A stretch of 49,525 nt of DNA from Octopus bimaculoides. Its lineage: Eukaryota. Below the pieces are notes generated by a model. The model did not search any database. It saw only the letters and a program-made list of their open reading frames with translations, and was not told the DNA's origin. The position numbers were made by a program, and so were the translations under genes. This document shows positions 1 to 13,858 of this stretch, piece by piece (the first letter of the stretch is position 1; each line of letters begins with the position of its first letter). The stretch covers positions 34,373,213 through 34,422,737 of the forward strand of contig NC_069004.1 of the NCBI RefSeq assembly GCF_001194135.2, in the 5' to 3' direction.

Positions 1-17
1 TATATATACATACATAC

Positions 18-78
<61 letters not shown>

Positions 79-897
79 CATATATACATATACATATATA
101 CATAGTGTGAGTGTAGGTGTGTAGTTGTATATGAATGGCTGTCTCTAAGTGCACGTATTTAACACATTTATTTGTAGCAAGAGTGATTAGAGTATCTTCC
201 GTGAATAATAATTTCTGTGCAGCATCCATCTTTCTATCCTTTCCCCCACTCCCCACCCACACAATGCACATTTATTCACACATTCTATAAACGATCATTT
301 AACCCCTGCCTCGCTCCCCCGTTTCTTTCATTTAGTGCTTGTCTCCAGATAAAAATCTAGTATTTTTTTCTCCCCTTTCATCTGGCCCCTCTCCTGCCCT
401 CAAAATTTCACCTTACCTCCTACCGATTCTCTTTCTCTTTTCTCTTCCTATCTTACTTTAAATCTGACAAATTTATTTCTGTATTTCTGCAACCCTTTGT
501 CTCATTAACTGCTTTCTACCACATTGCCGGAACACTAGCTTCTTTCTACCAGACCGGCTCTTCATAACTTGAACTTAGTACAACCCGTTAATTAGCAGAT
601 ACGCGGGAAATTCATTACACGAGATAGCAACACAGTCCTAACGTTCACACACACACATACCGAAATCATTTTCGATTCAATCGAAGTGAATTCCTGTCAT
701 ACCGTTCTAATATTTCTTTCTGCTGCCAAACACGAAGACATAATTAAATGCAAAGTAATAGATTTATGCTCACATTCATGCATACGTACATATATACATA
801 CATATATACATACATAAATACATAAGCGTGCGTATCCGTCCATTTTCATCTTCATGACAGGGTTGTATATATTTTTATATCTATTTATACATTTTTT

Positions 898-968
<71 letters not shown>

Positions 969-1116
969 ATATATAATACGTGCTTATTTAATAGCTTCTC
1001 ATACATTTATAAATACTGATCAATAGTTTCCCGCCAATTTGTTCTCAGTAGGCACTTAAGTTTTAAAAGATGTATGTACATGCATGTACATACGTATGTG
1101 TGTGTATATGTGTGTG

Positions 1117-1166
<50 letters not shown>

Positions 1167-1611
1167 CCTATACGTATATATATACATACATACCTATATG
1201 TGTATATACATAAATACATATTTATACATGAATTTCTAGAATTTCTTAATGCGTCGCCTGAGGATCGGAAACGTGAAAACTTGGCTCCGAAATATTACAC
1301 ACCCAGCTTTGAATAAATAATAATGTTATGGCCTATCGTTTTGATTACTTCGATTTCCTTAATTGTGTTTACACCAGAGTGAGACAATCAATTCCCTGTT
1401 GTTCCATTTGATTTATTCTATAACTTTTTTTTTTCAGCATTAGACTACAACCATACTGGAGTATCGTCTTGAAGGGTATTAATCGAACATATAACCCCTT
1501 TGACTTTTCGCTCATGGTTCTATTTTAATGTTTGCCCTATTTGCCCAACAGCGGATGTTACCAGTGACTTAAACAACTCAACTGGCAAGTGGGGTGGAAA
1601 ATGGGGGATAA

Positions 1612-1885
1612 TTCGCACGCATATAGTGGCCCGGCGATGAGGGTGTTGCCCCCATGATAAAAAGATCGTAGTTTCGGTTCCCAGAGCGGCAGCGAGTTGT
1701 ATTCCTGAGCAAAACACTTCATTTCCCGACGCTCCAATCCACTCAACTGTAACTGAGCACTCTGTGATGGTCTAACGTCCCGCCCAAGAGGTAATGTCGC
1801 CCGCCTGCCTCACCAGCAGGGTGGCATCAATCGAAAGGAACTACAATAATATTTGGAAGTTCATTGTGACCAGCTGTGTATTAAA
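1612..1885 (+). mobile_element. tRNA-derived SINE with conserved central domain (family C-related head)
   Basis: A-box-like TGGCCCGGCGATG and B-box-like GTTTCGGTTCC, then TTCCTGAGCAAAACACTTCATTTC..GCTCCAATCCACTCAACTG and GATGGTCTAACGTCCCGCCCAAG, which resemble conserved SINE central domains (recalled, not searched). Confidence 0.6.
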
Positions 1886-1971
1886 GGATATCTTTCTCTG
1901 ATCTATCTATCTATCTATCTATTTATATGAGATAAAGATCCCCTTCGGTCACAGATGACTATGGAATTGCA

Positions 1972-2202
1972 TGGGGACGTAAACACATCAACACCGGTTG
2001 TCAAGCGTTGATAGACACACACACACACACAAACACACCCACGTGACCCTAAATTTGCGGTTCAGTAAATGAGACTGATAGAATAAGTACTAGGATTAAA
2101 AAATAAATCCCGGGGTCGAATTGTCCGACTAAAACATTCTTCAATGCGGTGCTCCAGCATGACAGAGGGTCAAATGACTGAAAGGAGTAAAAGAATAAGG
2201 GA
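1972..2202. mobile_element. SINE family B, 3' part (middle segment in minus orientation, tail in plus orientation)
   Basis: 1972-2010 is the reverse complement of the family B middle (CGCTTGACAACCG..GTTTACGTCCCC). 2041-2202 is the plus-strand tail GATAGAATAAGTACTAGG..GGGGTCGA..GTGCTCCAGCATG..AAATGACTGAAA. Confidence 0.75.
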
Positions 2203-2473
2203 ATATATATATATAATCTTACTACCTGCGCATGCTCACATGCGTGATTTTAGCAGCCATTGTTGACGATGTTATGCACATCCATGTGGAGAGCTTGGTC
2301 AGACATTTTGGTGAAAACTGACCGCTGCCCATACGTGTAAGTCTCCCATCGTCATGTGACCAATGTTCATTCAAGGAAAAGGTCACCGACTTCGGCCGAT
2401 ACAGCTTGGTACCAGGATACATTGAACTGGGGAGATCTCGCGAGTTTTCATGTTCAATCATCAAAGGTCTTGG

Positions 2474-2615
2474 ATTGGTACACTTTTAAACGACCGCGAA
2501 AAGATAAAACATGAAGTTGACCTCGGTGGGATTTGAACTCGGAGCGTGAAGTCTCGGAATGAATTCATACACGGTATTTTACTGAGCAGTCTAACGCATC
2601 TGCCAATTCGCCGCT
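2474..2615 (-). mobile_element. SINE family A, degenerate 5' portion
   Basis: GTTGACCTCGGTGGGATTTGAACTC..CTAACGCATCTGCCAATTCGCCGC is the reverse complement of the family A head. Confidence 0.7.
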
Positions 2616-2943
2616 TTCATGCCAGGCCATAAAATCGTATCCCTAACTCAGCACTCACAACGGCGACACGATATCCTAGCGAAGTGACATCGTCCGTGTT
2701 ATGTTCTCGTATCAGCTGACTGTGTGATATTATCGTGTACGAGAGATATCAGTCATGAGTTATCGGCTATTTGGGATATGATATAGCTTTGTAATCGGAA
2801 GGAGAGACCATTAATTCGCTGATACCATTTATTATGTCATGGCGATCGGTGTTAGCTTGATTTATATACGAGATGATATCTCGATGGATCTCATTCACAC
2901 ACACGCATGCGTACAAACTCGACTGCCTTGGCATATATCACGT

Positions 2944-2996
<53 letters not shown>

Positions 2997-3114
2997 TATA
3001 TTTCCTTATCTCACTCGTACACTCGCTTCTTTAGTCGCTCTGTTTCGGTAGATGCTTCCCTCTTTTTCTCTGCTTAGAGTTCTGTATCTATTTCAAGCAT
3101 GCAGTTATTTTCTT

Positions 3115-3160
<46 letters not shown>

Positions 3161-3665
3161 TCTGTCCATCACCCTCACTCTCTCTCTACCTCACGTTTCT
3201 CAATACCCCCTCATACCATCTCATTGTTCTATACATCCAAACATCTCCCCTTCTACATCATATTATCTCATCCCTTTAACCGTAATCCTTCACATTTCGA
3301 ATCCCTTTAGGCTTCCTGTAATTTACGTTTTTCATATTCTCTTCTCCTCCTCCTCCTCCCCATCTTCTCCCTCTCTGCATTCTTCTACTTCTTCACCTCA
3401 TCTCTATCACTACCTCTCTGTATGTATATCCCCTTGTGTTATACGTATATTTACGTGTGCGTATCCTGTATATATCTAAATGTGTATATGCATGAATGGC
3501 TGTTATACATGCATACATACACACACACACACACGCATATATATATATACATGTATTTGTATATATTTAGGTACGTATATATCTACTAATACATATGTGT
3601 GTGTTTGTGTGTGTGTGTGTGTAAATAACTATCTTTGTCTATATATATACGTGTATGTTGTTATA

Positions 3666-3724
<59 letters not shown>

Positions 3725-4374
3725 GCATGAATATACATCATACGTAAATATGTTTATGTACATGTGTGTATATATTTACGTATGTATGTATATAGATATA
3801 TATATATACACACACACGTATATATATATGTGTGTGTATGTATATATGTATGTACATATACATATATATATATATAAGTGTGTGTGTGAATACCTATACA
3901 CATTTTAATTAGATCACTCGCAACATATCGAACACGTCTGTGACATTGATATCACTATATCAATATAATACGGCATTACGTATACCACAAGATATAATTT
4001 AATATTTACCCCTTTCCCAGAGAAGTTGAGCACTATATAATGTTAATCAATTTGTAGTTAATCTGCGAGGGGGTTTTGTCAGTATCCGGATAATACATTT
4101 ATTTGTATATATTCCTCGTTCCATTTTTTCTCTAGCGATTCTCTTTAGTTCATAAAAAACACATAACACGGTGTTATTATATGTTAGATATCTAAAGTTA
4201 TTACATTCCTCCCCCGTTCGCTACTGATGACTGTTTGTGTAACACCTGAGTCTTTGAGACCTGAATGTGTGGCTGTCGTCTCATATAGACTTCTATTTTA
4301 TTACCTGAATGCATTCGTTATGTTGTTTCACGTTTGAATCCATTTACTATGCGTAACCACGTACATACATTCAC

Positions 4375-4409
4375 ACGCATCTATCTATCTACCTACCTAT
4401 CTATCTATA

Positions 4410-4440
<31 letters not shown>

Positions 4441-4791
4441 TTATTTATGTATCTATCTATCTATCTATCTAACTATTTATTTATGCATCTATCTATCTAT
4501 CTATTTATTTATGTATCTATCTATCTATCTATCTATTTATGTATCTATCTATCTATTTATGTATCTATCTATCTATCTATGTATCTATCTATCTATCTAT
4601 TTATGTATCTATCTATCTATCTATTTATGTATCTATCTATCTATCTATTTATGTATCTATCTATCTATCTATTTATGTATCTATCTATCTATCTATCTAT
4701 TTATGTATCTATCTATCTATCTATTTATGTATCTATCTATCTATCTATCTATTTATGTATCTATCTATCTATCTATCTATCTTTCTGTCTT

Positions 4792-4822
<31 letters not shown>

Positions 4823-4845
4823 GTCTATCTGTCTGTCTGTCTACG
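4375..4845. repeat. Compound (TATC)n tetranucleotide array with periodic TATT-TATG interruptions
   Basis: Direct reading. Confidence 0.95.
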
Positions 4846-4948
4846 TAAATAACTAGGTATGTATACACATTTAAAATAAATATATATGTGCGTCTGTGTG
4901 TATATATGTATATATGTAGGAATGTATATATATATACAGCTCTCCTCC

Positions 4949-5008
<60 letters not shown>

Positions 5009-5795
5009 GAATTAAGAATATATTAAGCAAAATGTAAACAAATTGAAACGCGTGGGATAATTTCATTTTGCTCGACCATGAGGATGATGATGATGACCGT
5101 GATGCTGATGATTGTGATGATGATGGTGATTTTTTCTAAAACTCTCTAGTAAACGCTTGCCCACATCGATACATCGATATCTCAAAGAGACTTCTCAGTC
5201 ATAATAACCTGGTCATTAGTTTTAACATCGGCTTACACTGATCCTCCGTTTTAAAATTATAAGGTATTAATTTAGTAAAATCTAGCTTCCATTTCTAGCA
5301 GGTCGAGAAACTATGTAGAAGTTCTTTCCTTCGTTGGTGATGATAAAATCCTCCTACACACCCTCCCCCTTCTCTCTCTCTGTCTCCCCATCTCTTTCTC
5401 TCTATCTCTCTCCTCTCTCATAAATATATATCTTTATGTGTGTGCTTGAATATAGATGTGTGGTTATGCCTATCCATATATGCGTATATATCTGTGGGTG
5501 TGTGTACATGTATAAGTGCCATTGTTTATGTATATGCATTACGGAGCTCGATCTACAGACAACTACACATACACGAAATGCACATAAATAAAGATAGCCA
5601 GAAGCCAAACGACGTAGAATTGTATCGTTGACCAATGGAAAAGCATGAACAATATCTCACATATTGATATACAACTTGATATATTGCTATTATCATTGCG
5701 ACTGGAAATATATAACAACTAGTATTGTTATAAACGATAGCACTAGATGAAATATTTAATTGATACGCGAGTGTGCGCGCCTGGATAAATATACG

Positions 5796-5867
<72 letters not shown>

Positions 5868-6009
5868 CATCAACACACGAGTATGTAGATATTTCTAGAA
5901 TAAATATGATGTCTCTGTTTGCAATAATATGTTCGATACATCTATCTGTCTATCGATATCAATCACTTTTCGCATCTTGCATTGGCTGCAATGTACGTAC
6001 GTACGTACA

Positions 6010-6042
<33 letters not shown>

Positions 6043-6088
6043 AATATATATCAGTATGTGTACGTCTATCTATGTGTACGTCTATCTA

Positions 6089-6132
<44 letters not shown>

Positions 6133-6781
6133 TATGTGCAGATTTATTTAGATACACACACACACGGACACACATTAATGCGCAGATACATATTATCAGT
6201 GTGTTTGTATGAGTACATATATATAAATGTAATTACATATATGTGCATTCGTACTTATAGATATATATACATACACACATACATTACACAGAAAGACATA
6301 TACACACGTTTGTGTGTGGAGGGGTGAGTGGGTGTATGTATAGATGTAAAAACATATATGTACACACACACCTATATACATATATATTTGTGTATATGTG
6401 TGAGTATATATGTATCTGAGTGTTTGTATAAACATGTGTGTGTGCATATATATATATTTGTGTGTATATAAATGTGTGTGTGTGTGTGAATGTATGTATA
6501 GGGATAAGTAAGTATATATCTTCGATGCTACATTTAATATCGTATATAAGAAGACAGCAGCAATATCATCGATCATGTGGTTACTGTTGTGTTTTGTTGT
6601 TGTTGTTATTGGTGTGAACTGTTTCTTTTTCGTTTTGTTTGATATCGGGATGATATCCAAATTGGATATTGTGAAATGGTTATATGGAAATTGAATGTTT
6701 CGATATGATCAAACACACATAAACATTAGCATACAACCATACACCCGCACATTTACAAATACGTACGGTTTATGTTTCTAT

Positions 6782-6892
<111 letters not shown>

Positions 6893-7329
6893 CCCGTAAA
6901 TATATTCTTATACGTATATGCATATGTGTATAAATACATACTTAAACATATATTTGTATGCATATACCTAATATACACCCGCGTATTTGTGTGTGTATTT
7001 ATATATGTGCGTCTGTGTCAATTCATATTTATTCGTATAATTGTTTATATTGTGTGTGTATATATGCATATCAATATATATGTGTAAATATTGATATATA
7101 TATATATGTGTGTGTGTGTGTGTATATGCGTACACACACACATCCATATATTTTATTAAAGTGAAGTGAATTATATATGGTTTCATACTTCCATTCAAAA
7201 GTACATATCTACTTGTGTACATCCATACCTATGCACCCGCACCAAATTGTCTTCACCTGAGCCAACGTCAGTAACAGGTCAGTAATTACCACCAACAACA
7301 CTATCATCATCATCATCAGACACTGAGCA

Positions 7330-7700
7330 ACATAGGCACACTTTGTGATTCTCTTCGTCGGTGTAATAAGGTGACACTGCTTCAAGACATGCGCCTGCAC
7401 CGTCACATGCATTTTCACTCCCATTCGATCTCATAACCAATCATTTGAAAAGATACGGGGCAGTCTTAAACATATCCCTGTCTCCCGATCGGCAAGATGC
7501 ATCACTTCTATGATACAAGGGAAACAATGCTTATATTTCCTTTCGGGACATCCTCTCTCTAAGAGAGGTATCCGGAGAGCTGGAAGGACCACTGATTGTA
7601 AGGCAGCTTTTAGCTTTTGTTACAGCATGATTCCAGAACCTACTTAAAACTCAGACTACGTCTGCTCCGAGAATCGGCGGATGACTTATTCAGCGAATCT
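7330..7700 (-). mobile_element. Possible highly decayed RTE-type LINE fragment
   Basis: Frameshifted reading LP..Q....LSG..ERGCPERKYKH..HLADRE faintly resembles the RTE C-terminal RG.P..RYKD / A.DR..W motifs; weak. Confidence 0.2.
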
Positions 7701-8820
7701 TCTGCGATGATCCACAATCCACAGCAAGATGAGCTGCAACGGATTACACTATCCCAAAGTGTGTATGCATGTGATTAGGCACTACCTGTGAAATTGTAAT
7801 CCCACACAAACTCCGACGGTGAACGCGTTGGTCGGAGTCGGCTCAACCCACCCCTTGGGAATGCCGCATCATGTACAAGTAAGTAGTATATACCTATAAA
7901 TCTTACTCCTCAAAGAACTTTTGTTACGTGAGCGTTTACACGTGTCCGTATTTTACCGCAAGAACTAATTCCGATCCATCGATCAACGTAGTCTTTCATA
8001 TCCTTTAGTGTAACCTTTGTATTACACCTTCCCATTTACTGTACAAGTTTCTGGAACAGCTATTTCTGCTCGTCCTTCCTTTTGAATATTTCGAAAATAA
8101 TTTCGTAATATGTGTCGGCTGTCAAAGGATTTGCTGTTCCACATACTGCCTAGGGCTACAAGTGATTGCTCTTTCAGTAACATGAGAAAAGACGAATTGA
8201 CTATTAAGATGCAGATATCAATTCTTTCCATTTTATTTTATCCTAAATCGATGAAGCACTGTTGTAAGGATGCACTCTCCCTTGTAACGCTGCTATGCCA
8301 GAGACGCTATTTCCCTACTGGATTGTCTATATGACGAGCGTTGTGTGCGATGTATCTTCAGCTAAAGACGAATAGCCGGAAGTGCTTCTCTCGCCATCAG
8401 TTCGAACATAATATTTATTCCTTCATTAGGGAAATGCATGTTATATATATATATACTATTGCCACTAGTTTTATCATCTCATTTCTGGTCAACTAAATCA
8501 TTATCTGCTTCTGTAGAATAAATGTATTATTCTGAAGAATAGAATATGTTCTATTTTCATCTCTATTATCTGTAAAATATGCTAGTTTCTTAAGTGTTTT
8601 GTGGGCGGAATCGTCTTTAAAAGCTGTAGACATTCAGTTTGTTTATGTGATGAAATGAAAAGTATTTTCATTCGGAGGTTAAAAGAATCATTTGTCTAAA
8701 ATGGTAAGAATTAATGCAAAATATTGACTTTCTTCCAATGTTTTTAGAATTCATGCATTCATAAAGTCGTTTCCCACATACTTTCACGACGTATGTTTGT
8801 GTATGTACTTACACATAGGT

Positions 8821-8882
<62 letters not shown>

Positions 8883-9539
8883 TTACATATATGTACTAAC
8901 ATATAGGTATATATATATGTTTACATATATATGTGTGTGTGTACTTTATATATAAATACACACACACACACATACACTTGGTGATGTGTAGGTGTGCACA
9001 CATACAAAGATATATATACACAAATACATATATATACACACGTGCAAAGGAAGAAGAGAGAGAGACACACACAGAGAAATGAAGGGAAAAATAAGAATTG
9101 TCTAAAAGAAAATAAAAGCATCAGAAATGCATGCTTCGAAATCTAATACACTTCTGCATCTAAATAACAATATAATGGTTTTGAAATGTTGACAGAGAAA
9201 TCGTTCGCTTATCTAGTATGTCACGTGATTATGTGAGGGATATGATATTGAAACCTTATTGCCTGAACCTATACCTAACCCATGTTAAACTGGGAACTTC
9301 CGAAAAAAAAAAAAAAAACCAATCCTTTTGGTCAGTTGCCAATAACGTCTCGTATGATGATGATGATGATGATGATAATGTTGACATTGATAGTGGTGGT
9401 AGGAGGGGTGACTGGGTTTGCTAAAAGGAAAGTTGTGGAGAAAATGATGTAAGTGAACTTGGAGCTTTCTGTTTGTTTCTGTGTATGTATATATTTGTGT
9501 GTGATCGTGAATATGTCTGTTTGTGCGTCTGTATACACA

Positions 9540-9574
<35 letters not shown>

Positions 9575-10020
9575 CATGTTTCTATNNNNNNNNNNNNNNN
9601 NNNNNNNNNNNNNNNNNNNNNNNNGTATGTACTTTTAAGCGTGTGTAAGGGAAGTGATGTATGTGCGTGCGCGCGTGCGTGACGGAAAGAAAAAGACAAA
9701 ATTGTGATGGAGCAATTTCAATATTCATCACGCCACCCGACTGACTGCATCAGATCAGACCAACGGTGAAGTAACCATATTGGGAAAGAATGGGAAACAC
9801 TGGTGTTTAGTATGTGTGTGTGTGTGTGTGTGTGTGTAAATTCATATACATATATTATTATACACACACCCATTCGTGAGTATGTGTAAGTGTTCCTCTT
9901 GTTTATCTCAGTTTCTACCTTTTATCCACCACCGTGACTATGTTACCTTCTGCATACCTGACTATCTATCTATCTATCTATCTATCCTACTAACCACCTG
10001 TCAATCCCTCCTCTCTCTCT

Positions 10021-10058
<38 letters not shown>

Positions 10059-10068
10059 NNNNNNNNNN

Positions 10069-10101
<33 letters not shown>

Positions 10102-10804
10102 TATGTGCCTGCCTTCCTGTGTAGCGCTATATTTAAGCATCTATCTGTTTAACCAAGTCTGTCTGCCTGTTCGTCTGTCTCTCGCTCACGATCAGTCCGT
10201 CCCCAAGACAATTGAAGTGCGCTGGGTTATCTCCCTTATAATTGATTGGACTTGTCAACTTTTTCCTCCATTAACTCTCAAGGTTGATTTCCCAGGAGGG
10301 TACTAATTTTTCCTGTGCCTCCCCCCGTTTTATTTTCCTGTCCTCCTGCCACAATCTTTTTCTCTAACCATCTTCTCATTCACTCACACAAACACACAAA
10401 TGATACGCCCTCATACTAACACTCACTCACTGGCGCCTGTCACTCACTCTCAACATCTCTCTCTATCTATCACTTGCTATCACTCCCCCCTCTCTCTCTC
10501 TCTTGATAGTACTATCGCTCTAATCTCAACGCTAGCACATTCTATTACATCTAACTTTGCGCGATACCACACTTGCAAGTCCGTTGTCAATGTACAAATA
10601 TGTAAATATGGTTATGTATGTACGTACGTATGCGTGCGTGAATATATCTATCTATACACACACACACGTGTGTGTTTGTGTCCACACATAATACATATAT
10701 TAAAATTATATTACATTATCTTTGCAGCTATAATTCGTCTGTTATCGTTGCGTGTATACCTCTTATAATTTTTATCTACTTCACATACATGCACGCACTG
10801 AGCT

Positions 10805-10855
<51 letters not shown>

Positions 10856-10879
10856 GTCTTATCTGCTATGTGGTTCACC

Positions 10880-11052
10880 GATTTCTGCGTTCGTATCTCA
10901 TGTAAGTCAGCTTTGCTTTTCGTCCTTTCGAGGGATCGATAAATAAAGTACTAATCTGTAACTTAGCAGCTTGCCTAAGAGATCGATGGAATAAATACCA
11001 GGCTTTAAAAAACAAAAAAATTCTTTACTGCCGTGCCCCAGTATGGCCGTAG
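10880..11052 (+). mobile_element. Degenerate SINE, family A middle joined to a family B-type tail
   Basis: TTTGCTTTTCGTCCTTTCGAGGGATCGATAAATAAAGTAC (A-like) followed by GATGGAATAAATACCAGGCTTTAAAAAAC..GTGCCCCAGTATGGCCG (B-like). Confidence 0.5.
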
Positions 11053-11620
11053 GTAAAAAATTGAGAATCTGGAATCGAAATCTCTTCCTATTCCTCTCCA
11101 TCCCTCGCCTCTGTCTCTTTCTCTTTGCTCTATCACTCCCTCTCTATCACACTCTTCTCTCTCCCTCCATTTTTTACCGTTCCTCTTTGTCACTCTCTCT
11201 CTCTTATCTCACACTCTCTCTCTATTATCTCACTCTCTTTATCTCTCTATTTCTAGTTGATATCAGTAATTCAGTGGTGCAGCCTTACCCCATAGCTCCA
11301 TCTTGATTCTGCCTGAGAATTCCACGTGCGCGCGGAATACTCAGCCACTTACAGGTTTAATTTTACGAGTAGTAATTCAGTTGTTAAAAACAACAACAAC
11401 AAAAGCCTGAATGCTCATCGTCGCGGCTGACGGAGGAGCCGTCAATCAGCCGTCATTGAAGAGACCGATGATCAAGGCCATCCCACCTGTGGCCATTCCC
11501 TCAATTTTTCCTATATTTAAGGAACGCTGAAGCACACATTATCGAATGTTTGGCTTGAGATTTGGTTGCTAATTTTAGCAGGTCGAACAACCGCTTGGAG
11601 GCTCCAACGATGGATCCTGC

Positions 11621-11660
<40 letters not shown>

Positions 11661-11662
<2 letters not shown>

Positions 11663-12012
11663 GGCAGAATCATTAGTGCGTTGGGAAAACTGTAAAGCGG
11701 CATTTGAACGTAAAATCGGAAGAAATGCCACGGAAGTCGACTTTGGCTTTCATTATTGCAGGGTCAACCTAATCTACTTGTAACTATTATTGTTATTATT
11801 ATTAAGGCGGCGAGCAGAATCGTTAGCGCGCTGGACGAAATGTTTAGCAGCATTTCGCTCGTCGCTGTGTTCTGAGTTCAAATTCTGCCGAAGTCGACTT
11901 TTGCCTTTCATCCTTTCGGCGTCGATAAACCAAGCACCAGTGAAACACTGCGGTCGATGTAATCGATTAACTCCTTACCCAAATGTCAGGCCTTGTGGAA
12001 AAATTTGATACC
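11661..12012 (+). mobile_element. Two head-to-tail SINE family A copies (11661-11780 degenerate; 11806-12012 near full-length) separated by (ATT)n
   Basis: GGCGGCGAGCAGAATCGTTAGCGCGC..GTTCTGAGTTCAAATTC..GTCGACTTTTGCCTTTCATCCTTTCGG..GTCGATGTAATCGA..GGCCTTGTG. Confidence 0.85.
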
Positions 12013-12032
12013 ATTCTTCTTCTAATTATAAT

Positions 12033-12598
12033 ATTGAGTGAGAGAGCAGCGCATTCCATCAAAGTGACATTGGGATACAAATATACGAGGCGCAGTATAC
12101 CCGTCATGACTATCCGTCTGATAAGGCTACACCAGGCCATGCTTCACAACCATATGTGCGTGACATGGTGATTTCATATCAAGGTAAACAACGCATGACC
12201 TTGCAGGCGGGGCCCATTTAGAATTTTCTTCAGGTCGAGTGGTCCATCTCGCTCAAAACGGTCCCTGAATAAGGTTTGTTTTAAGGATGTTGAACGAAAC
12301 ACCCATATTTCCAGAGGTGAATTCTCCAAACCTCAAAGAATTCCTCTCAACACATGGCTATGATGCTCCCTCACTATTTCTGCTCGTGATCAGAGATGTA
12401 CATATCGTCAGCCACCAAGGGACATGCTCAACTGGTTATGGCCAAACAACTGACAAGTAAATCTGTGGTATTGAGCAGAATATTTGCTGTGGCCTATCTT
12501 TTTATACCATGACAAAACAATATACATGATAACACTTCCAATCAATTAAGATCAGAAGCCATGAAAGCCACTGCATGGATCTGCATCGAGGAATTTAG

Positions 12599-12600
<2 letters not shown>
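12033..12600. mobile_element. Unclassified ~570-bp interspersed element embedded in ATT-type simple repeat
   Basis: Complex, ORF-less sequence bounded by an ATT-like tract on the left and a (ATT)~21 tract on the right (12600-12663). Recognised from memory as a recurrent Octopus repeat; only one copy in this window. Confidence 0.5.
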
Positions 12601-12668
<68 letters not shown>

Positions 12669-12839
12669 AATTGTATAGCTCATGAGTGACACGGTCAAGG
12701 AGACATGTTGTTCGGGTCATTCTATCTAAATGCCATTTTGAAATTTCTTGCAGACATTGTACAGTCCAGCCCTCTTTGACTAATGTCTCCTTCTGAAACG
12801 CAGTATGGTGTACTTCATGGAACATTCGACTGCCTACTG

Positions 12840-13180
12840 CAACCGTCACAAATACTATACTAATACCTCTACAACCAATACCAACAACAGCAACAACAGC
12901 AACAACGACACCAGCGCTGATACTATTACAATAGGTACTACCACCACCACTAGTACTAATACTGCATACCTGCCACCATCAGTATCACACTGCTACCACC
13001 AAAACTACAACCAGGACTACCCAAAACAAGATAAGCACCACCCCTACCACTACTATTGCTATTTCTCCTGCTGTTATTACTGCTGTGGCCACTACTACTA
13101 CTGCTACTATTATTGCTGCTACTATCATACTACTACCACTACTAACACCAACATTCCCGTTATTACTCCTCCTCCTCCTG

Positions 13181-13212
<32 letters not shown>

Positions 13213-13560
13213 GTCACAAACATTGCTACATCCACCGCCCTCAACACCATCTCCGCGTTCCGCAAATTTCCCTACTTCCTCCACTTCTCCCTCTTCTTCA
13301 TCCTCCTCCTACTACTACTACGCTGTTTTCCTCCTCCTCTCTCACTCCCCCCCTTTCCTCTCCCCTCTTCCTCTTCAGTCACCTTAATCATCTCTTCTCA
13401 GACGTTTTGATCATTAATCAACACACACACTGACATTAGCTTCATCAATAAGACAATCACTAACTTAATCAGTTGATCAAATGATCTACGCCGGGATTAA
13501 TTACGCCGCCACCGCCACAACCACCACCACCACCACCACCAAAACCACCACCACCACCGC
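12840..13560. repeat. Cryptic trinucleotide low-complexity region (ACT/ACC/CCT); similar tracts at 15250-15510, 20730-20880, 26230-26760, 36800-37750, 38260-38530 and 39155-39460
   Basis: Direct reading; these tracts give rise to the poly-T/Y/H/I pseudo-ORFs. Confidence 0.85.
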
Positions 13561-13818
13561 CAACACGTCTACTCGTACATCCGCCTGATAAACACACAAA
13601 ACCGACAAAATGTAGACATACGCTCACATACATAAAAAGTGTACATGTAGAAATATACGCATAAGTGTGTATTTACATTTATGTACATATATTTATATGC
13701 ATATAAGTATCATATGTGCACCTGTATGTATATATATGTGCGTGTGTGCGTGTGTGAGTGTACGTATATATATATATATATATACATACGTACGCATATA
13801 TATATGTATGCAAATATA

Positions 13819-13858
<40 letters not shown>

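Noticed and set aside
671-685. Small palindrome TTCGATT-C-AATCGAA; similar short stems at 7810-7838 and 31578-31593
   Set aside because: Stems of 7-8 bp are expected by chance in 45 kb.
2222-2464. Complex unique-looking stretch or 80-aa ORF
   Set aside because: No recognisable protein or repeat motif in any frame.
12370-12420. CTGACGA...GAAA on the minus strand resembling a hammerhead ribozyme core
   Set aside because: The intervening sequence cannot form stem II.
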